NCBI GenBank assembly: GCA_049510055.1
Contig: JBEKZI010000004.1
Location: forward strand, 1 to 58,133
Length of the DNA stretch: 58,133 nucleotides
Reading direction: 5' to 3'
Source: Phycisphaerae bacterium
GTDB taxonomy: Bacteria > Planctomycetota > Phycisphaerae > SM23-33
Shown here: piece after piece, positions 8,560-17,333 of the stretch
Position numbering within the stretch: the first letter of the stretch is position 1
How the letters are laid out: each line of letters starts with the position of its first letter
The notes under the pieces: model-generated
What the model was told of the DNA's origin: nothing
Seen by the model: the letters and a program-made list of their open reading frames with translations, nothing else
Databases searched by the model: none
Program-made: the position numbers and the translations under genes

Positions 8560-9309
8560 ATGCGTGCTTCCAGAAAATTTGTATTCACGTTGTTCCTCGT
8601 GATGGTCGCAGTGGTATGTTTCGCGCGTCCGGCGGCAGCGGCTGTGTTTACGGATCCCCTTTCTTCGGGCCTCGACTCGAACTACTGGGTGGCCGAAAGC
8701 AATCAGCCTCTGTACACGATCGGTACGGGTGACGCGGCTGTTCGATTGAGCAAACCGCAGGGCGGAAACTATGGTTTCCAGTACCTCATGATCGACTTCA
8801 CGCAGGAACTTCACGGCAACTTCGATGTCTCCATTCAATTCAAAAATGCCCTCATAGACCGGGTGGACGGGCGCCCGGGGAACCAGGTACAGCTCGGCGC
8901 CTGGTTCGGGGGCTCCTACATGTACGTCGTTCGCAGCGACGAATGGTTATGGAGCGGAGCGAACATAGGAGACAACTATCACGCCTACGAGGGCCAGACG
9001 GAGCATGCGGGGACGCTGCGAGGAATAACCAGTACCACGGATAACTTTGGAACCATGAGAATCACTCGCGTCGGCTCCGTCGTTACCGGTTATTACGACG
9101 GAATCCAACTGTATTCCGCGTCCTACAACGCAGAATCGGCAACCGTCGCGTTTATGCTCCAGAACAACGGAACGACGGATGCCACGTCGGTTGATTTCTA
9201 TAATTTCAGTGTAACGGCTGATCAAATCGTTCCCGAGCCTGCCACGCTGTCGCTTCTGCTTCTCGGCGGATTGACGATGCTGCGGCGACGGCGCGATAGA
9301 CGGCGCTAA
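8560..9309 (+). CDS. PEP-CTERM sorting-domain secreted protein with a jelly-roll/LamG-like body
   Basis: Signal peptide (FTLFLVMVAVVCFARPAAA). C-terminal [26 protein letters not shown] is a PEP motif plus TM plus Arg cluster. Strong RBS AAGGAGG. Visibly lower GC than its neighbours. Confidence 0.9.
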   Translation: MRASRKFVFTLFLVMVAVVCFARPAAAAVFTDPLSSGLDSNYWVAESNQPLYTIGTGDAAVRLSKPQGGNYGFQYLMIDFTQELHGNFDVSIQFKNALIDRVDGRPGNQVQLGAWFGGSYMYVVRSDEWLWSGANIGDNYHAYEGQTEHAGTLRGITSTTDNFGTMRITRVGSVVTGYYDGIQLYSASYNAESATVAFMLQNNGTTDATSVDFYNFSVTADQIVPEPATLSLLLLGGLTMLRRRRDRRR

Positions 9310-9535
9310 ACAAGAAGCCTTGCATCGGTCACGTTCCCCTGGAGGTGTCCAGGCGTTAGGCCGGCCTTTCTTGGGGCGTGATGCTGCGGTTTAGAGAGGT
9401 TGTGCCGGATGCAATCCGCCGGTGTCCATGGCCGGCGGCCGTGCCTGTGCGGTGGCATTTTTGCGGACCGCCGTTATCATGGGCCGGGTCGCCAGGTCCG
9501 TGCGCGGATCTTGTTCCTACAGGCGGCACCCGGCA

Positions 9536-10591
9536 ATGCAAGGTTCCCTCCAGCGCGTTCGTGACGTGATGGCCGGCCGGCGCCCAGACCGGCCGCCGTT
9601 GTTCGACATTCTCCGCAATGACGCCGTCATCAACCATTTTTCCGGCCAGGCGCTGACGGTGGAAAACGCCGCCGAAGTGGTCTTTGCCGCCTACGCCCCG
9701 GCCCTGGACGCCACGCGGGCCACGGTCCGCCTGCCCAAGCAAGAGGACACGGGCCGGCTCCCCGACGGCCGCCAGCAGCGGGACTATCGCTGGACGACCT
9801 GGACCGCGCCCCTGCGATACGCCGACACCAAGGACTACGTCACGGCCAAGCGAAAAGTGCTGGACGCCTTCGACCCGGCCTGGACGCCCCGGAAACAAAA
9901 GTCGGTGGACGACTGGCTCGCGGCCGTGGCCGATTGCCGCCGGTGCCTGGGCGAGGTGTTCTATTTTCCTTCCAGCCGATCGGTGAACCTGACCGCCGCG
10001 TACAGCGAGGTGGGGCTGGAGCAGTTCAGCTACTTCCTGGCCGATTGCCCGGACGTCATCGACGAACTGCTGGAGACCCACACGCTGGCCGCCGAGGCCT
10101 GGATCGGCCATCTGCCGGAAGCTAGCGGCATCGAGGCGGTCTTCCTGGCGGACGACATTGCCTTCAAGACCGGCACGCTCATGAGCCCCGCCTGGCTCGG
10201 GGAGCACTACTTTTCGCGGCTGGCCCGCGTCGTCGCCGCCTGGCACGGCCGGGGCGCCAAGGTCCTGTTCCATTCTGATGGCAATCTGATGGCCGTGATG
10301 GACTGGCTGGTGGCCTGCGGCATCGACGGGCTGAACCCCATCGAGGTGGGCGCCGGCATGGACGCAGGAGCCATCCACCGCCGGTTCCCGACGCTGTGGA
10401 TGGCGGGGGGGATCGACCTGTCGCAGCTCCTCAGCCACGGCACGCCGCAGCAGGTGGCCGAGGCCGTCCGCCGCACCATCGAGGTCGCCGAGGGACGGAT
10501 CATGATCGGCTCGACCTCCGAGGTGCAAAACTCCGTCCCGCTGGCCAATTTCCTCGCCATGCGCGAGGCCGTGCTGAATTACCGCTGCTAG
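9536..10591 (+). CDS. Uroporphyrinogen decarboxylase (URO-D)-like / MtaA-CmuA-like family protein
   Basis: The C-terminal half (VLFHSDGNLMAVMDWLVACGIDGLNPIE...GGIDLSQLLSHGTPQQVAEAVRRTIE) matches the URO-D fold family. The start is uncertain (tracked ORF begins at 9422; ATG 9536 chosen). Confidence 0.7.
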   Translation: MQGSLQRVRDVMAGRRPDRPPLFDILRNDAVINHFSGQALTVENAAEVVFAAYAPALDATRATVRLPKQEDTGRLPDGRQQRDYRWTTWTAPLRYADTKDYVTAKRKVLDAFDPAWTPRKQKSVDDWLAAVADCRRCLGEVFYFPSSRSVNLTAAYSEVGLEQFSYFLADCPDVIDELLETHTLAAEAWIGHLPEASGIEAVFLADDIAFKTGTLMSPAWLGEHYFSRLARVVAAWHGRGAKVLFHSDGNLMAVMDWLVACGIDGLNPIEVGAGMDAGAIHRRFPTLWMAGGIDLSQLLSHGTPQQVAEAVRRTIEVAEGRIMIGSTSEVQNSVPLANFLAMREAVLNYRC

Positions 10592-10607
10592 GGGTCAGCT
10601 TGCCGCA

Positions 10608-12008
10608 TTATTTCTTGCCCGCCTTGCGCAGGACCGGCGTGGGGTGACCCTTCAAGTCCGCCAGACCCTTGGCCAGCTCGTCGTCCGACAGGGGATAATC
10701 GCGCAACTTGCCCTGGAGGTAGGCGTCGTAGCCGGCCAGGTCCATCAATCCGTGGCCTGACCAGTTGAATAGGATGACCTTTTCCTTGCCTTCGTCTTTG
10801 GCCTGGCGGGCCTGGTCGATGACGGCGGCGATGGCGTGCGAGGTTTCCGGGGCGGGGATGAAGCCTTCGGTCCTGGCCCAGGTGATGGCGGCCTCGAAGC
10901 ACTTAGATTGCGGATAGGATTCGGCGAGGATGAGCCCCTCGACCATCGCCTGGCTGACCAGCGGCGCCATGCCGTGATACCGCAGCCCGCCGGCGTGGGT
11001 CGCCGGAGGCACGAAACCGTGCCCCAGCGAGTGCATGGCCAGCAGGGGGGTCATCTTGGCGACGTCGCCGTGATCGTAGGCGAACGGGCCGCGGGTGAGC
11101 GTTGGGCAAGATTCCGGCTCGACGCCGACGATGTCGATCGTTTCCCCGTGGATCTTGTCGCAGACGAACGGGAAGCTCAGCCCCGCGAAGTTCGACCCGC
11201 CGCCGCAGCAGCCGATGATCACGTCCACGTGCTTCTCGCCCGCCTTGGCCAGTTGCTTCTTGGCCTCCAGGCCGATGACGGTCTGGTGCAGCAGGACGTG
11301 GTTGAGCACGCTGCCCAGGCTGTAGCGCGTCTTGCCGGTTGAGTCGGCGACGGCGGCCTCGATGGCCTCGCTGATGGCGATGCCCAGGGAGCCTGGCGTG
11401 TCGGGCATCTTGGCCAGGATGTCGCGCCCGGCTTGGGTTTCATTTGAAGGGCTGGCCACGCACTGGGCGCCCCAGACCTGCATCATCATCTTACGGAAAG
11501 GCTTCTGGTCGAAGCTGACCCGCACCATGAACACCTTGCACTCCAGGCCGATCAGGGAGCACGCGAAGGCCAGCGCGCTGCCCCATTGGCCGGCGCCGGT
11601 CTCGGTCGTCAGCCGCTGAATGCCGAACTGTTTGTTGTACCAGGCCTGGGCGACGGCGGTGTTGGGCTTGTGGCTGCCGGGAGGGGAGACGCCTTCGTCC
11701 TTGTAGTAGATTTTCGCCGGCGTGCCCAAGGCCTCCTCCAGCCGCAGGGCGCGGCGCAGCGGCGACGGCCGCCATATCCGCAGCAGCCCCAGGACCTCGG
11801 TGGGGATGTCGATCCACCGCTGGGTGGAAACCTCCTGCTCGATGATGTTCATGGGAAAGACCGGCGCCAACATCTGGGGCGTGATGGGCTTGCCGTCCGG
11901 TCCTAAAGGCGGCAGGGGAGGGTGGGGCAGGTCCGCGGCCAGGTTGTACCAACGCCGCGGCATGTCCTTTTCGTCCAGTAAGAACTTTTGTGAGGCAAAG
12001 GCACTCAT
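10608..12008 (-). CDS. trpB2: TrpB-like PLP-dependent enzyme (tryptophan synthase beta, TrpB2 type)
   Basis: 466 aa. GSHKPNTAV (PLP lysine), [20 protein letters not shown], and the TrpB2-specific long N-terminus ([13 protein letters not shown]). Confidence 0.88.
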   Translation of the reverse strand: MSAFASQKFLLDEKDMPRRWYNLAADLPHPPLPPLGPDGKPITPQMLAPVFPMNIIEQEVSTQRWIDIPTEVLGLLRIWRPSPLRRALRLEEALGTPAKIYYKDEGVSPPGSHKPNTAVAQAWYNKQFGIQRLTTETGAGQWGSALAFACSLIGLECKVFMVRVSFDQKPFRKMMMQVWGAQCVASPSNETQAGRDILAKMPDTPGSLGIAISEAIEAAVADSTGKTRYSLGSVLNHVLLHQTVIGLEAKKQLAKAGEKHVDVIIGCCGGGSNFAGLSFPFVCDKIHGETIDIVGVEPESCPTLTRGPFAYDHGDVAKMTPLLAMHSLGHGFVPPATHAGGLRYHGMAPLVSQAMVEGLILAESYPQSKCFEAAITWARTEGFIPAPETSHAIAAVIDQARQAKDEGKEKVILFNWSGHGLMDLAGYDAYLQGKLRDYPLSDDELAKGLADLKGHPTPVLRKAGKK

Positions 12009-12153
12009 TCGGTTTCACTCCTGGCAAAAATTATTTTGCCGCTCGATTCCCACCAAGCATACCGCAAAAGGCCTCCTGCGGCCATCTCTCGACGTGAGGC
12101 AATGAGCCAGGGGAGTGGGTGAAAAATTTTTAATCAATTTTAAATTTTCTTGC

Positions 12154-12182
12154 TTGACGGTCCATGCCAGTATTTATACATT
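12154..12182 (+). promoter_or_regulatory. Candidate promoter of the merR-like/flagellar operon
   Basis: TTGACG (12154-12159), 17 nt, TACATT (12177-12182), preceded by an A/T tract (AAAATTTTTAATCAATTTTAAATTTT) that could act as an UP element. Confidence 0.35.
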
Positions 12183-12254
12183 TTGTAAAACGTAAAACAT
12201 GAATAGAACGTTCGACAAGCACAACTCCTTAGAACAAGCGTAATTCCTGAGAAT

Positions 12255-12701
12255 ATGACGAGCGAATCACATCTAAGCCAATATCCAGCAGATCAGACCG
12301 GCCCGGTGAGCGGCGCCGCTGAAGAACGCGAACGCGAAAAAAGATTTTCTCCTGTGACCGCCAATCGCCTGGGAGCCGCCGGCGGCCTGGCAGCCGGTCC
12401 GCAGCGGCGCCAGAGGCCCCCCAAGCTGTACCGCATCGGCGAGGTCGTGGACTACTCCGGCGTCAGCCGGCAGACCATCCACAATTACGCCACGATGGGG
12501 CTGATCCACGAGAGCCGCTGGACGAACGGCGGCCACCGGTTGTTCGACGAGTCGGTGTTCGAGCGGCTGGACCGCATCGCGGAGATGAAGGCCGCCAACA
12601 AGTCGCTCCAGCAAATTCGCGATCACTTCGCCAAGATGGACGCCTCCCCGGCCGGCGACGGCCCGGCGGGGCAGGAGCCGCAAGACATGACGTCAGCGTG
12701 A
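12255..12701 (+). CDS. MerR-family HTH transcriptional regulator (short, no recognisable effector domain)
   Basis: LYRIGEVVDYSGVSRQTIHNYATMGLI...GGHRLFDESVFERLDRIAEMK is a MerR-type winged HTH plus the start of the dimerisation helix. It has a roughly 57-aa low-complexity N-terminus. Confidence 0.8.
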   Translation: MTSESHLSQYPADQTGPVSGAAEEREREKRFSPVTANRLGAAGGLAAGPQRRQRPPKLYRIGEVVDYSGVSRQTIHNYATMGLIHESRWTNGGHRLFDESVFERLDRIAEMKAANKSLQQIRDHFAKMDASPAGDGPAGQEPQDMTSA

Positions 12702-12783
12702 CCGACGCCAGGGCCGCCAGCCGCCGAACGTGAGGCGGTGCCTCAAGGGCGGCGAACCAAGCCCCGGTCATGGAGGACCGGAC

Positions 12784-14682
12784 GTGATAGGCAAGGACAG
12801 CGTCAAAGAAGTCGTCGGCCTGGTGCGAACCCGCCTCGCCGGCCTCAGTCGCCGGGCCCGCTGGATCGCGGCGATAGCGGCGGGGGCGGTGCTGTTCGCC
12901 GCGTTGTGGGCGACCGTAGCCGGGTTTGGAAACCAGAGGGTTCCGCTGGACACCACCGGTCTGAACGCCGCGGACCTTGCCACGGCCCGGCGGATGCTGG
13001 CGGACAGCGGCATTTCGTCTCGGCTCACGGATGGCCGGTTGATGGTCCGCGCCAAGCAGTTGGCCGCCGCCACGGAGATCATCGCCCCCCTTGCTCAGCG
13101 GCCCGAAGACGCCGCCGAGTCGCTGGCGGCGCTGGCGAAAGAGGACGACATCTGGCGGACGACCGCCCAGAGCGATAAGCGATGGCAGGCCGCCAAGATG
13201 GCCGCCCTCAGCCGGCTGGTGGAGAAGTTCCCCGCCGTGGCCTCCGCTACCGTGCTGTACGAGCCGGGCAGCCCGCGCGGCTTGGGCGGGGCTGGCCATG
13301 AGCCCACCGCGGCCGTGCGGGTCACGATGAAGCCGGGGGCGACGCTGAACCGCTCGATGGCCCTGGCCATCGCGGACCTGGTCGCCGGCAGCATCGCGGA
13401 CATGAGCGACCGCAACGTGCGGGTCATCGACGGCAGCGGGCGCAGCTACCGCTTCGACGCCGAGAGCGGCGACGAGAAGGAACTCCAACGCCGCTGCAGT
13501 ATCGAGACGTATTACCACGAAAAAGTCCACGCGGCCCTGAGCTACATCGACAAGGTGGTGATCGGCGTCACCGCCACGGGCAAGGACGATCCAGCCGCGG
13601 CGCTGGCCGTTTCGGTGGCCGTGCCGCGAAGTTATCTGGTCGCCGTCGCCCGCTCCAACGCCGCGGACCCCTCCGCCGCCGATAAGGTGCTGGACAAGAT
13701 TCGCCAGGCGGCCCAAGCCGCCGTGGCCGATCGGCCCTGCCAGGTGAAGGCGGATTGGTATTACGACGCCGAGGCCGATGCTCTAGCCGCGGCTGCGTTA
13801 TCACCGAGCGGAGCGTTCGGTTGGGGCAGCCTTCTGATGGCCGTCCTCGTCTCCTCCGTCGCCGGCGGCGGGGCGGTGCTGCTGGCGAAGCGCGTGACGC
13901 TTCGACGAGCCTCTAGGGGCGCGAAAGAACAAGATATCTCCGCCAATCCCCAGGCCGCGGAAAGCGGTAGCCCCGTCAGTCCGCAGGAGGGGCCCTGGGA
14001 TTTCCTGGCGCACCTTTCCTCTGAAGAAATCGCCTCGCTGGTCGCCTACGAGCATCCCCAGACCGTCGCGATCGTCCTGGGGCAGTTGGCGCCCGCCGCC
14101 GCCGCCGCGGTCCTTGCGGCTCTGAGCGAGGAGACCCAAGCCGCCGTCGCCCGGCGCGTGGCCGTTCTGCACCAGGTGGATCCGGTGGTGATCGCCGAGG
14201 TCGCCCGGACCCTGGCGCAGCGCGCCGCCCGTCAGGCCGCCGGCGGGCCTTCGGCGGCCGGGCCGGAAGGCCACCTGGCCGAAATCCTCCGCCACGCCGG
14301 CTATGCCACCGAGAAGGCCGTGCTGGAGGCCCTGGCCGAGCGGGCGCCTTCGCTGGTGGAGGCGATCCACCGGCGGATGTTCAGCTTCGAGGACATTGCC
14401 CAGTTGCCTTTGGACCGTTTGCAGCAGGCCCTGGCGCCGGTGGATGCCGCGGAGCTTGCGGTGGCCCTGCGGACGGCCGGCGAGGACGTCAAGGCGAAGG
14501 TCTTTGGCGCCCTGTCGTCCGAGACCCGCCGGAAGGTGCGGGAAGAGATGGAACGGATGGGGCCGGTCCGGCTCAGCGAGGTCGAGGCCGCCCAGCAGCG
14601 CGTGGCTGAGGCGGTGCGGCGAGCCGGCAGCGGCGAGTACCTCTCCGAGTCGGCCCGGCAGGAAAAACAATTGCTGGCCTGA
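12784..14682 (+). CDS. fliF/fliG: Fused flagellar MS-ring / rotor protein: FliF-like N-terminal part with FliG middle and C-terminal domains
   Basis: Two TM segments bracket about 300 aa with FliF/SctJ-like stretches. The same frame then carries EHPQTVAIVLGQL and MFSFEDIAQL...MGPVRLSEVEAAQQRVAEAVRR (FliG_M/FliG_C). GGAGG lies 7 nt before GTG 12784 (tracked ORF starts at 12730). Confidence 0.85.
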   Translation: MIGKDSVKEVVGLVRTRLAGLSRRARWIAAIAAGAVLFAALWATVAGFGNQRVPLDTTGLNAADLATARRMLADSGISSRLTDGRLMVRAKQLAAATEIIAPLAQRPEDAAESLAALAKEDDIWRTTAQSDKRWQAAKMAALSRLVEKFPAVASATVLYEPGSPRGLGGAGHEPTAAVRVTMKPGATLNRSMALAIADLVAGSIADMSDRNVRVIDGSGRSYRFDAESGDEKELQRRCSIETYYHEKVHAALSYIDKVVIGVTATGKDDPAAALAVSVAVPRSYLVAVARSNAADPSAADKVLDKIRQAAQAAVADRPCQVKADWYYDAEADALAAAALSPSGAFGWGSLLMAVLVSSVAGGGAVLLAKRVTLRRASRGAKEQDISANPQAAESGSPVSPQEGPWDFLAHLSSEEIASLVAYEHPQTVAIVLGQLAPAAAAAVLAALSEETQAAVARRVAVLHQVDPVVIAEVARTLAQRAARQAAGGPSAAGPEGHLAEILRHAGYATEKAVLEALAERAPSLVEAIHRRMFSFEDIAQLPLDRLQQALAPVDAAELAVALRTAGEDVKAKVFGALSSETRRKVREEMERMGPVRLSEVEAAQQRVAEAVRRAGSGEYLSESARQEKQLLA

Positions 14683-14694
14683 ACGAGATAAGAC

Positions 14695-15495
14695 ATGGCA
14701 CGGGTCATTAAGGCTGAAAATCAGGCGAACGCTCCCACCGACGGGGCGGTGCTGCGGCTGACGGATTTCGTCGCCGAGGCCCGGGTCGTCGTGCTGGAAG
14801 CCCGCAAGGAGGCCGCCCGCATCGTCGCCGAGGCCCGCGCCAAGGCGGAGCAGGCCGAGCAAGCCGCCGCCCGTCGCGGCTACGAGGAAGGTTTCGCCCG
14901 CGGCCGCAACGACGGCTATACCGATGGCTGCCAGGCCGGCTCGCGCCAGGGGATGGAGGCCTCAGCCGGGGCGGCCGGCGGGGCACTGTCCTGCGCTCAG
15001 CGGATTGCCGAGGAACTGGCCGCCGCCCGCGACGGACTTGTGGAGCAGGCCCGACGGGAGTTGCTGGACCTGGCCGTGGCGATGGCGGAGCGGGTCGTGG
15101 GCGTCGTGGCGGCCAGAGACGTCGCCGCCGCCCAGGCCAATCTGGTCAAGGTGCTGGAGATGGCCGGCTACGCCAAGGCCATCACGATCAAGGTCAATCC
15201 CCGCCAGCTCCAAGCCATGCGTGAACACTGCCACCAGGCCGTCGAGGCCTTGGCGATCAAGGGCCGCGTCGAGTTGGTCGGCGATCCGAGCATCAGCCCC
15301 GGCGGCGTGAAGCTGCTGGCCGGCGGCGGGCAGATCGACGCGACCATCGAAGGACAACTGGCCTACATCATTGAGGCCCTGGTCGGTCCGGCGACGACGG
15401 ACATGGGACGCTACGAGTCGCACAGCCGCGAGGAAGCAGCCGATCCGCACGGCCAAGCGGCGACGGGCGAGACGAAAGAACATGGGTGTTTTTGA
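14695..15495 (+). CDS. fliH: Flagellar assembly protein FliH (export ATPase stator/regulator)
   Basis: Position between fliF/G and fliI. Ala/Glu-rich coiled N-half and a FliH-like C-half (LLDLAVAMAERVVG...ITIKVNPRQL...GGVKLLAGGGQIDATIEGQL). Confidence 0.8.
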   Translation: MARVIKAENQANAPTDGAVLRLTDFVAEARVVVLEARKEAARIVAEARAKAEQAEQAAARRGYEEGFARGRNDGYTDGCQAGSRQGMEASAGAAGGALSCAQRIAEELAAARDGLVEQARRELLDLAVAMAERVVGVVAARDVAAAQANLVKVLEMAGYAKAITIKVNPRQLQAMREHCHQAVEALAIKGRVELVGDPSISPGGVKLLAGGGQIDATIEGQLAYIIEALVGPATTDMGRYESHSREEAADPHGQAATGETKEHGCF

Positions 15496-16873
15496 GACAC
15501 ATGCACGAGCGATGCGGCACGTTCAGCCGCTGGGCGTCAGCGGCCGCGTGAGCGCCGTCCGCGGACTGACGGTCAGCGTCTCGGACTTCCCCGCCCCCAT
15601 CGGCGCCGCCTGCCGCGTGGAAGGCATGGGCGGGGCGGTGGAGGCCCGCGTGGTGGGCTTCGCCGACGAGCGGACGCTGGTCATGCCGATGGGCGCCATG
15701 ACGGGCATCTGCCGCGGCGCCCGCGTGATCCTGACCTCCTGCCGCCAGACGGTGGCCATGGGCGAGGCCGTGCTGGGGCGGGTGCTGGACGGCGCCGGCC
15801 GGCCCATCGACGGGCGCGGGCCGGTCGCGGCCAAGGAGCACATGCCCATTTGGCCCGAGCCGCTGGCGGCCTTGCAGCGGCGGCCGATCGATCAGCCGCT
15901 GGGCACCGGCGTCCGCGCGATCGACGGCCTGCTCACCGTCGGCCGCGGCCAGCGGATGGGCATCTTCTCCGGCTCGGGCGTGGGCAAGAGCATCCTGCTG
16001 GGCATGATCAGCCGCTTCACCGCCGCCGACGTGACCGTCATCGGCCTGATCGGCGAGCGCGGCCGCGAAGTCCGCGACTTCATCGAGAAGAACCTCGGCC
16101 CCGAAGGCCTGAAGAAATCGGTGGTGGTCGTCTCCACGGGCGACGAGCCGCCGCTGCTCCGCGTGCAGGCCGGGGCGGTCGCGGCCACGGCGGCGGAATA
16201 CTTCCGCGACCGCGGCGCCGACGTCGTGCTGCTGGTGGACTCCTTGACGCGCCTGGCCACGGCCCAGCGGCAAATCGGCCTCGTGGCTGGCGAGCCGCCC
16301 ACGACCAAGGGCTACACCCCCAGCGTGTTCAACATCCTGCCGCAACTGCTGGAGCGCAGCGGCCGGACGGAACGCGGCTCGGTCACCGGCTTCTACGCCG
16401 TGCTGGCCGAGGGCGACGATCTCAACGAGCCCGTCAGCGACGCCGTCCGGGCCGTGACCGACGGGCACATCCATCTGTCGCGCGAGCTGGCCAACCGCGG
16501 CCAGTATCCCGCCATCGACTGCCTCCGCAGCGTCAGCCGCGTGATGATCGACCTGGTGGACGCCCCGCACCGCCTGGCCGCCAAGGAACTCAACCGGCTG
16601 ATGACCCTCTACGCCCAGGTGGAGGACATGGTCAGCATCGGCGCCTATCGGCCGGGCACCAGCGCGGACTTCGACCTGGCCATCAAGGCCATGCCGTGGA
16701 TCCGGTCCTTCCTGGCCCAGGGCATCGATGAGCCGGAGGCCTTCGCGGACACTCGCGGTCGGCTGCTGGAGCTTCACAAGCAGATCATGGACGTCAAGAC
16801 GTCGATGGGCGGCGCCGCCGGTTCCGGTGAGCCGGCACGGCCCGTCGGTTACGGAGAACGGAGAACGTCATGA
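15482..16873 (+). CDS. fliI: Flagellum-specific ATP synthase FliI
   Basis: Walker A GSGVGKS and Walker B VVLLVDSLTR. T3SS-ATPase motifs GERGREV, PPTTKGYTPSVF and GQYPAIDCLRSVSR. ATG 15482 overlaps the fliH end by 14 nt. Confidence 0.95.
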   Translation: MGVFETHARAMRHVQPLGVSGRVSAVRGLTVSVSDFPAPIGAACRVEGMGGAVEARVVGFADERTLVMPMGAMTGICRGARVILTSCRQTVAMGEAVLGRVLDGAGRPIDGRGPVAAKEHMPIWPEPLAALQRRPIDQPLGTGVRAIDGLLTVGRGQRMGIFSGSGVGKSILLGMISRFTAADVTVIGLIGERGREVRDFIEKNLGPEGLKKSVVVVSTGDEPPLLRVQAGAVAATAAEYFRDRGADVVLLVDSLTRLATAQRQIGLVAGEPPTTKGYTPSVFNILPQLLERSGRTERGSVTGFYAVLAEGDDLNEPVSDAVRAVTDGHIHLSRELANRGQYPAIDCLRSVSRVMIDLVDAPHRLAAKELNRLMTLYAQVEDMVSIGAYRPGTSADFDLAIKAMPWIRSFLAQGIDEPEAFADTRGRLLELHKQIMDVKTSMGGAAGSGEPARPVGYGERRTS

Positions 16874-17325
16874 GGTCGGACAAGCAGGATCGCCGTCTTT
16901 CGGCACTTTGGAGGATACGTCGCCAGGATGAGGACACATGCCGGTTGGCTTTCGAATCGGCCCGGTCGCGGGTGCATGCGGCCGAGACGCACGTGCGACG
17001 GCTGCGGGACCTGCTGGAGGTCCACACAGCCGCCGCTCGCACGGCCCTGCCGAACGATCCCGCCGCGATGGCGAGGTACCGCCAGTCGGCGGCCGAGCTG
17101 AACGCCGCCCTGGCCGATGCCAACCGTTTTCTGGCTGAGGCGAGAGTAGAACTGGAGCACCGGCGCGTGGAGCTTGAGGAAGCCATGCGCCAGCGCAAGG
17201 CAGCCGAGACATTGCAGCATCGCGAAGCGACGGCTGCGGCTTCCAACGAAAACCGCCAGGAAACCCGCGCCGCCGACGACCTGCACGCCACCCGCCAGGC
17301 CGCCAAGACTGCCTCGCAACCGTAA
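16870..17325 (+). CDS. fliJ: Flagellar export chaperone/stalk protein FliJ
   Basis: 151-aa predicted coiled coil directly after fliI, with an ATGA overlap. Size and position are typical of FliJ/SctO. Confidence 0.7.
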   Translation: MRSDKQDRRLSALWRIRRQDEDTCRLAFESARSRVHAAETHVRRLRDLLEVHTAAARTALPNDPAAMARYRQSAAELNAALADANRFLAEARVELEHRRVELEEAMRQRKAAETLQHREATAAASNENRQETRAADDLHATRQAAKTASQP

Positions 17326-17333
17326 GATCATCC

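Noticed and set aside
8489-9372. 15-16-nt direct repeat TAGGCCGGC(C)TTTCTT flanking the PEP-CTERM gene (8489-8504 and 9357-9372), which I considered as target-site duplication or att-like ends of an insertion
   Set aside because: One or more chance 15-mer matches are expected in 58 kb of GC-biased sequence when both strands are counted. The consensus promoter lies outside the repeats. No integrase or transposase is nearby. It is kept only as a note under the low-GC finding.
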